Below are positions 55,694-64,000 of a stretch of 64,000 nt of DNA, one piece after another (position 1 is the first letter of the stretch; each line of letters begins with the position of its first letter). The position numbers were made by a program, and so were the translations under genes. Source of the stretch: Antedon mediterranea (Eukaryota; Animalia; Echinodermata); the NCBI RefSeq assembly GCF_964355755.1, contig NC_092678.1, forward strand, positions 21,655,365-21,719,364, read 5' to 3'. Below the pieces are notes generated by a model that was given only the letters and a program-made list of their open reading frames with translations, ran no database searches and was not told the DNA's origin.

Positions 55694-56750
55694 CTGCTCA
55701 TCAATATTCATAAGATTGATGCATATTCATAGGGTTGATGCATATTCATAAGGTTGATGCATATTCATATGCCTGTTTATCCCCTGCCTAAATCCACGCC
55801 TGGCCAGTGCGCGAGACATTAAATTAAAATTGTATATAGCGGCATCTATGTTATAATAACTCCAAATTTCAAAATAATGTTTTCTGAATATTTTTTATGG
55901 ATGTGCCCTCATGTGCGAGACTCGCGCATTATGTGTGAGAGTTGGCAGGTGTATATATCATGGCAGAATAATTTACAATGTTATGCACGTTAGGTATTTA
56001 AATCTACACACTAAATAAACTTACATGATTAAATTTAACCCAATATAAATTAATTGCAATCATGTTTTGGTTTAGTAGTTTAATACTGTATACTATGGTA
56101 TTTTCTTTACATTTAAATTATTTCTAACTTAATGGTTATTTTATAATTAGTACAGATTTTAGCTATTTAAATGATATGTTAATCCTCTATGTGATCTAGA
56201 TGGCAATATAAAAAAAACAATATATTTAAATACCCACTCATGGCGCTATTTAAAAGAACAGAAACAGCAACTAGATACGAAATTTGTTGTGCACATACAT
56301 TGATAAAATTGAGTAATATATTATTTTTAATAATATTTAATCATGTTCAAATAATCAGTAACAAATAATTATTGTTAATTAACATAGCTTAATGTATAAT
56401 AATGGTATTTTTTAATTTAATATAAAGATTGATACATTTTCTTAATACATATTATTAGTATTTTCGGAATCATGTGTAGTGTTTTGGAAAAAATGAAAAC
56501 AAGTTGTTTATGTACAATATAATTTTACCAAATACAAGTAATTTTTTTCAAAAGGTAAAACAAAAATACATGCTGAAATAAATAAAACAAATAGGTTTTT
56601 GTTTCTTTTTTCTGTTTATATCAACATTTTGTTTGTATTGAGCATAGATTAAATTAAAACATATTAAAACATTCCTCAATTAACTTCTTCGGTTAAAAAG
56701 TTATAAATGGTTTTAGAAAAATGTACAAAATAAAACGTTGATACAACTTG

Positions 56751-56811
56751 GTCACGTGATAATAATATTTTGATTAATCACGTGACGCACAGGGTCCCTT
56801 CGCGCACGTGA
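56751..56811 (+). promoter_or_regulatory. Cluster of three E-boxes (two TCACGTGA CLEAR-like) upstream of RAB29
   Basis: GTCACGTGAT 56751-56760, ATCACGTGAC 56777-56786, CACGTGA 56805-56811, followed by a likely non-coding exon ending at donor AGG|GTAAGT ~56896. Confidence 0.6.
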
Positions 56812-57650
56812 TCTGTGACAACAGATGTGTCACGATGTTCAGGGAGATAGTGATGAAAGACAAAGCGGAAAAGAAGCGTTTATGAAAGAAAGAAGGGTAA
56901 GTTGATATCAAATGTGAATTTAAAGACAGTAATAAAGGATCTTATTATGTAGGGATTTATGCCTAGTAACTAGGCTAGCTAGTAAGATCACAGCCAGGCC
57001 AGCCAGAAAAAAGAGGCCGAGCCCAGCTGGCAGCCCCCACAACACACAGCCAGCACTCACTCAGCCCATGGAGTAAATGCTCAGCCTGACCAGCAGAGCA
57101 GAGAGTGTGTGGCACTTCATTCAGCAGAGGAGCAGCAGTGTGAAATATAGGCTAGGCTATATAATATAGTATTGGTTGCAAGGCATAAAGGCCTAAGGCT
57201 AATTAATGCTACTGTAAGAGCTTGCACAGCCTACATTATCAAGGTATAGAAATAATATGGCCTAGACCTAGGCCTACTACTAGTACTAAATGTTTCATAA
57301 ATTTTAATTGATATCGATACAGATTAAATGCTACACAAATTGCTGAATGAATTACAATAAAATTGAATAAATAAAACGTCTTTCACACCTGCTCCAGCAT
57401 GGTTCAGGTCCAGCAATTCAAATGTCAATGTTTCGTTTTCACATGGCTATGCGCATATCGATTGGTGCATAGCGTGGTGGAGCATTGTGAAAACGAGACA
57501 TTGAACGTTCGATATGATTTTCCGGAACAGGTGTGAAAACTGTTGCTGCTGGCCCTTCATACATGTAATAATTTTTATTTATACAGTAGCGGAGTAGACG
57601 ATAATTCAATACTGTATTCAAAACATTATTCTGAAAGCTGTCAGTGGAGG

Positions 57651-60249
57651 ATGATCGAACGATTATTTAAAGTATTGATTATTGGCGATGGAACGGTTGG
57701 AAAAACTTCGTTTGTTGAACGCTATGTATCCAACCGATTTAGAGACGATTACAAAACAACAATTGGAGGTATTTATGACTTATTTAAATCTATATTTATC
57801 TACTATATGAGGAGAGGTGCGTCATTTGTCCGATATTGTCATCCATTATGAATACCATGACGCACCCATTTTGATGCATTGTGACCATATTGTTCAATTT
57901 GTTCATGATATGGTGTGATGTAAAGTGACGGAACATTGACACACCATTGTTCATTGATGTTACGTAGCATCTAGGTTTTTTGACGCACGCCTGCATCATA
58001 TGTAAATGACGTATCCATGACGCACCTCACCTGGGGGTCGTATAGTTAGAGGGTCATACAATTGACATGTGCATACATTTTAAATATATACAGGTTATTT
58101 ACTTCTGTTGGTAAATTACAAAATTAAGAGATATCAATGAAGGCATTTAACCATCCAATGATCTATTTGAATACCTTTTTTTTGTCACCCACCTTGTATT
58201 TTCTGTCAACGACCCTGAATCTAGTCACTGACCCTTGATATGCCCATTTTATTGTATCTAATAGCGTTTTCTGATTTCATTGAATTAAAGTTTACACTCT
58301 ATTAACTATACAAAAAGGAAAACAAAAATCACTACTGCTAACTGCTACTAAAGCTAGTGATGATATTAAATATATAATGAGAAAATTAAATAAAAAAAAG
58401 ACATATACAAATATTTTCCAGGATAGCCCAAATTACTATATATTACTGATAAGAGGTTATGAGGTCAATCGTTTGTGTTTGTTTCTATCTGTATTTGTTA
58501 GTTAGCAGGATTACTCAAAAAAGTTATTGCCTGATTTCCATAACATTTTAAAGCATGGTTTCATAGCTGTGTGGGAACATGTGATCCATTTATCATATGC
58601 CTAGGTGGATGTTTACGTTCTCTGAGTACCCTTTTAGTTTCCATTGTTTAATCAACAAATCATTTTGTAAAAACTTACTAATATTATCTATTTTATTTTA
58701 TTGGCTTTTTAACCTTTATATTAATTTGAAAATAAAAATCTGTCAATAATAGAGATTTTTCAGAGTTGATATGTACTGGTACCTATGTTTAGAAAATATA
58801 CCTCTTACCTTATGGTAGCCACCAATTCCTTCCATGATAAGAATTGATTAATGGCCTATAAACATACCTCTTACCTTATGGTAACCACCGATTCCTTCCT
58901 GATAAGAATTGATTAATGGCCTATAAACATACCTCTTACCTTATGGTAACCACCAATTCCTTCCATGATAAGAATGGATTGAAGGCCTATAAAGTTTCAT
59001 TATGAGAAGTTAATTAGCTGGTATCCTTAAAATTCCATCATTTGTGGTACAAGCCAAGAAATATAGGGGTATGAGGTTTCAAACTATAATCCTATCCAAT
59101 TTAATTTTATCAAATTTATTTATTTTTTTTCAGTAGACTTCGCTTTAAAAGTTCTTTCCTTAAATGACGATGAAACAATTCGGTTACAATTATGGGATAT
59201 CGGTGGTGAGTATAATAAATTTATGTTTGTAACTATGTCACATTTATTAATCATGATGTGTAACTTAATTTAAAAGTATTTTTATATTCTTGTATGTAGT
59301 ATGGTTTAAAACAAATGAAATATTTATTGATTAAAAAGTCTGAAAAATAAATATGAATTCTGAAACATTTTTTTGTGTGTAATATATTATTTTATGTATT
59401 GTATAAAAAAATTATAGGGTTTTTTTTTCAGGTCAGGAGCGTTACACCTCACTGACTCGTGTTTACTACAAGGACGCATCAGCATGCGTCATTATGTTTG
59501 ATGTAACGATGCATAAAACGTTTAGCAGCGTCATGAAATGGAAGAACGATCTAGACTCAAAAGTATCGTTGAAGGACGGCTCGCCCCTTCCTTGTTTGCT
59601 TCTTGCCAATAAAGTATGTATCATTTTACTACCATATCTCCTCATATGACAATATCTGTCCTGTATCATAGGCTAATTCCATAATACACCATCCCATGTG
59701 TTTCACATGTGATGGCTTTATCATGGAAGGTTAGGTTAAGTTAGGGTCTATGATACATGGATACATCTCATGTGATGCTGTATTACAGAATTTGCCTTAG
59801 TATTTAACAAATTTAGATGCTGTCACCGACGATTGTTATTATTGATATCGGCACTTATATTTTTCTACTTTGTTTATGGTTCCATAGTGTGACCTTTCTC
59901 AAAACCGTGCGGTTTCGTCCAGCGATATTCAAGAACTTTCACAAAACAATGGGTTCATTGGCTGGAGTGAGATATCCGTCAAAGAGAGCTCTAACATAAG
60001 TGAATCGATGATGTAAGTATTGTTTACATTTGTATCAACAAAACCCACAATTATGTATTTATTAATTTTTTCGTCTTATGAAAATGTTTTCCTTTTGTTT
60101 TTAGGTTTCTAGTAGAAGAAATTTTAGCAAGAAACACACTGTCAGGCCAGCCAGGCTCAGTAGCAGACGAACTCACTGATAGCACCGGCAGGATTACCTT
60201 AACGCCAAATACATCCAAATCATCTGGTTTTTGTTGTCAACAATCTTGA
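57651..60249 (+). CDS. RAB29: Rab29 (Rab7L1)-like small GTPase, Rab32/38/29 subfamily
   Basis: Exons 57651-57768, 59134-59205, 59432-59613, 59888-60012, 60105-60249; FKVLIIGDGTVGKTS, GVDFALK, LWDIGGQERY, DASACVIMFDVT, DLDSKV, PCLLLANKCDL, EISVK, C-terminal FCCQQS*. Confidence 0.88.
57800..58074 (-). mobile_element. Partial copy of the MITE at 62556-62904
   Basis: Shares GGGTCATACAATTGAC..GTGCAT end and internal TGACGCA repeats in inverted orientation. Confidence 0.7.
58798..58993. repeat. 65-66-bp tandem repeat x3 in RAB29 intron
   Basis: ATACCTCTTACCTTATGGTA.CCACC.ATTCCTTCC... starts at 58798, 58864, 58929. Confidence 0.9.
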
Positions 60250-61084
60250 TAAATTTATGGCTAGTAAAACTCATTTTAAGTGTTGAGAAAATCTTGAATC
60301 TTTTATATTTAAACTTAGCAATCTGTCGACTTATTCAAAATATCACTACTTAATTTAATAGCTTATTCTTTCCATGTTCAGCTGTTACATCAAGGTTACT
60401 TACACTTTTCACTCTTACATCAAGTTTACTTGCAAGATTGGCTGTTACTTTATGTTTACTTACAAGCATAGCTGTTGCATCAACTTTACTTACATAATTA
60501 TTATTAATTCTTAATGTTTAAAAAAAATTATAATGCTTTTGTAATTTAAATTTTCTATAAAATATTTGCTTGCTTGTTAGTTTCTTTTTTTAGATGGATT
60601 TCTATGCAAGATTTAAAAATTCTTGTCATCAATTCAGAGTCATAGAGTAGGCTTGTCTTTTTGCAAAATGAACACTACTGTTTATAATTCTAATTTACCA
60701 AATGTTACAAAGGTCAAAATTTAAAGGTCAGTAACATTGTAAGGTCATAATTTGAATACAGTATTTACACAGCATTTTGCATTATATTTTTACATATATT
60801 TTATTCTAAAAATATTTTTCAATTGTGTTTTGATGTGTCGGCATACTTCTTGTAAATTATAATTTTTTAAAAATAATTAGGATTTGATTTAATTTGTTTA
60901 AATATATATTTTAATTAATATTGCAGTATCTCAGTGTAACAATATTTGCCCAGTATCATAGTCAAATTCCAAAAAGAGATTGTGATTTTGAATAAAAATA
61001 ATAATAATAATGCAGATTTCTAGAGCGCACTTCGCCACCGAAGGCGGTTTTGAATGCTTTTAGTATGCAATCCAATCCAACTCT

Positions 61085-61304
61085 CACCACATTGCTTGTA
61101 TCCTTAGGCAAGATACTTTACTTACGTTTGCCTCTCTCCACCCAGGTGCATAAATTGGTACCATGGTAGATAGACAACTTTGCGCTCATTACAAGCTGCA
61201 TTATGGTTGTATGTTTCCATACGTGTTTTGATAAAAAAAATGGCCTGGGTAATAATGTGAAGCTTTTAGCAATACGGGCTATATAAAAACAAATATTATT
61301 ATTA
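61085..61304 (+). mobile_element. SINE remnant with conserved central domain
   Basis: TGTATCCTTAGGCAAGATACTTTAC...TGCCTCTCTCCACCCAGGTGCATAAATTGGTACC core typical of metazoan tRNA-SINEs, 3' GCTATATAAAA..(ATT)n tail. Confidence 0.65.
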
Positions 61305-62397
61305 TCTCTAGACGACCACCATTCTTGTAAAATATTGTTGAAATAACTAAAATTATAAGTGTATAAAGTTGATATGATACAGGCATCACATGTGAAATAC
61401 ATGAGATGCTGTATCCCAGATTTTGCCTATGATACTGGCTAAATTTAGATACTCAGAATGTTTTTTTTATTTATAAAACAAAATTGAAATATTTTGTTTT
61501 ATCAAGTTTTATAAATGTTTATAAAGAATTAAAATAGCACAGAGCGTAATATTATATGATATCAAAACAGTATATAAATAGTATTTGAAAATATATAAAA
61601 TAAGGATCACTTGTATATTTATAAATAAAATAAATTGTTTAATAAATGGTGGTGCGTTATAGATTATAATATTTTGAATAAATCGTGGTACAACTAAATT
61701 CATTATGCGTTAGTATTTTTATTTACTAGATCTCAGTGTTCTAACATTCCTTAGCATGTTCATATAATGTAAACTAACGTAATAAAATAGAAATTTCAGA
61801 TAATCTCCATAAGTCCATTTTGGCGTTCCATATGTCTACATGCATTGTTTTTGTTTTTCCTCATGTGAAAAAAAGTGCGGTTTCTCGTAATTGGTGCTAA
61901 GGTTATTCTCCGAAAAAATGGGTATATTTCTTTTTTGTTGTTATAATAAACCATTATCTTATGTTTATAAGTACATTAGGTAACCTTTCAATGCATTTTA
62001 AGATATTACGTAGTTTTTGTTTTAAAATAATTCGGGTTGAAAACTAGGCCTATGCTTTCCGCCAGCCTATTTATGCTAGCTGGGCTTACCGTACCGTAGT
62101 AGGTGTAGCCTATGGACCATAGTATCTGGCTGGGCCTAGAATAGAAGCAGTAAGTTACTATAATGTGTACAGGCGCGGCTGGCTGGCCCAGCAGGCCTAG
62201 CCTGTTTTGTGTTTAAACTGGTAGCGTCAACTGAGATGTGAAACGCGTTACTGTGTCACAACTATAACTTAAAACAAAACGGATTATACTTCTAGATTGT
62301 AGAAAAAATAAATATAACATTTTACATCTAAATACAATACAGGTTTTATCTGAAATTATTTGTCACCGTGGTTTCACTACTGACGCTGCGATGTAAC

Positions 62398-63314
62398 ATG
62401 ATGGAAGGTGTGTCCTCAAGCCACGACCAACCTGTCAATCATTGCATTGTTAAGGGTTCGTCAAACAATGTTGTCATGACTGGAGATGGAAGTAGTGTCT
62501 CTGGTAATTTGTTTTTTTATATATTTCTTTCATTTTTTGCTTGGTTTATTTATACTAATGCACTTGTCAATTGTATGACCCATTATGCGACCCCCGGGAA
62601 AAGTGCATCATACTGTAGATGCGTCATCATTTACACAAAATTATTGATGCAGGGGTGCGTCAAAAAACCTAGATGGTACGTCACATCAACAAATAACAAT
62701 GTGCCAATGTTCGTCACTTTACCACCCACCATATCATAAACAACATGATCACAGTGCGTCAAAGTAGGTGCATCATGATCACCTAAAGACAAATCACGTT
62801 TTGATGGTGCATCATGATATTCATAAGGTATGAAAAACATCGGACAAATGACGCAAACTATCCCAGGGGTTGTATAGAGGGTCATACAATTGACGAGTGC
62901 ATTATAGAGCTACGTTTTATTTGTTTTATAATTAAGCCCTTGAATTACAAAAAAAAATAAATAACATTTAACTATGCCGAGAGTCAAATACGGAAAGGGG
63001 TAAGACTTTTGTTGTGAAACTGATTTGGTTGTTGATGACTGTGTTCCCTTTCACCCATTTACTTTCAATAACTGCATGCTTTGTTTTTCCAGTGAATCTA
63101 TATAAACCAAAACAACGACAATCAAACAGTGATAGCGGTTATGAAGATGATGCTTCACAAAGGGACTCCACGACGGAGGACATGACTGAGGAGGATGCCA
63201 AAAGTAACGAGGATGACCTTCCAATGGAGATGGACAATCCTGTGACATCATCATGCATCGTCAAAGGTGATGAAAATGTGGTGGTAATGAGCGGTGACGG
63301 GAGCAATGTCAAAG
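62398..63314 (+). CDS. Uncharacterised protein, first two coding exons (continues beyond or downstream); two copies of a PV..CIVKG..N.VVM.GDGS.V motif separated by an acidic linker
   Basis: Exons 62398-62503 and 63093-63314 join in frame (phase 1) and both end immediately after the repeated motif at a GT donor. Confidence 0.7.
62556..62904. mobile_element. MITE with 26-bp TIR
   Basis: TAATGCACT(T/C)GTCAATTGTATGACCC at both ends in inverted orientation. Confidence 0.85.
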
Positions 63315-63474
63315 GTCAGTAGTTGTGTATTTTTATTAAGATCATCAACTTAACTTTAATAACCACTATTTAAATTCTTTCCTTTATATAAACTAATAGG
63401 AAAATATTTAATATATTGGTTCCAAGAGATTAAGGTTTTATTTTTAACCTTTAAGTTATGCAATTACATCATAA

Positions 63475-63953
63475 TAGGGAGGTTTCGCAACCTTACGAAT
63501 ATGATAACGAAAACAGATACGTCATACATTTGTGAAACTTTTGAGCTGATCCCCATTTCATTCGTAAAGCGTATTCGTGTTGAGGAATATCACCAGTCAT
63601 ATTCGTAACTACAAAACGAGTATAGTTTTTGATCTATTTTGCACATTTTGCATTTGAATCAGGAATGATTCATGATTATAATATAATTATAGATTTATTG
63701 AAAGTAATTTACTAAAGTAATTTACTAAAATGCCATGTCAATTTTGATAAATAGCAATTTTTAAAGTCCTCACTCGCTTTGATGTTACGCTAGGCCTAGG
63801 CATCCAAGCACCAAGCATCACATACCTGTCATATTTTGGACGAGCCTCAATATTTCGTTGCCATGCGAAACAGATTGTTTTATGGCTTACGAATACGTAT
63901 GCGTGACATATCCGTATTCGTGATCGTATTCGTAAGATTGCGAAACCTCTCTA
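63475..63953. mobile_element. Non-autonomous TIR element
   Basis: TAGGGAGGTTTCGCAACCTTACGAATA ... TATTCGTAAGATTGCGAAACCTCTCTA. Confidence 0.75.
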
Positions 63954-64000
63954 CTATTGGGTAAATTAAAGGTTCAACAAGAAAGTAAAAAATAACATGA

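Noticed and set aside
56826-57650. N-terminal coding extension of RAB29 from the upstream exon
   Set aside because: ATGs in the upstream exon hit stops in the exon or just after the candidate acceptors; at most uORFs
59817-59999. Separate small ORF nested in RAB29
   Set aside because: Out-of-frame reading across intron and RAB29 exon 4 (59888-60012)

Overview
AT-rich, intron-containing animal genomic DNA (not prokaryotic); the gene content, repeat families and abundant TAGGCCTA motifs suggest a marine invertebrate, plausibly an echinoderm (inference). Left to right: a calcyphosin-like EF-hand gene (+); a ~29-kb birth-and-death region (12-40.6 kb) in which a tandem array of single-exon class-A GPCRs (- strand; four intact, one split in-frame by a Sola-like DNA transposon, one decayed fragment) encloses a tandem array of secreted C-type lectin + PAN/apple-like genes (+ strand; two intact, two with single nonsense codons, two orphan terminal exons); then a compact housekeeping block PNPLA8 (-) / SHQ1 (+) / BCAP31-29 (+) / RAB29 (+); and the first two coding exons of an unidentified gene with an exon-encoded repeated RHIM-like motif. 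Numerous MITEs, a truncated LINE with an internal 18-bp minisatellite expansion, SINE and Helentron-like fragments and several tandem repeats are present. Exon coordinates were read by hand from GT/AG boundaries and frame continuity; no database searches were run.
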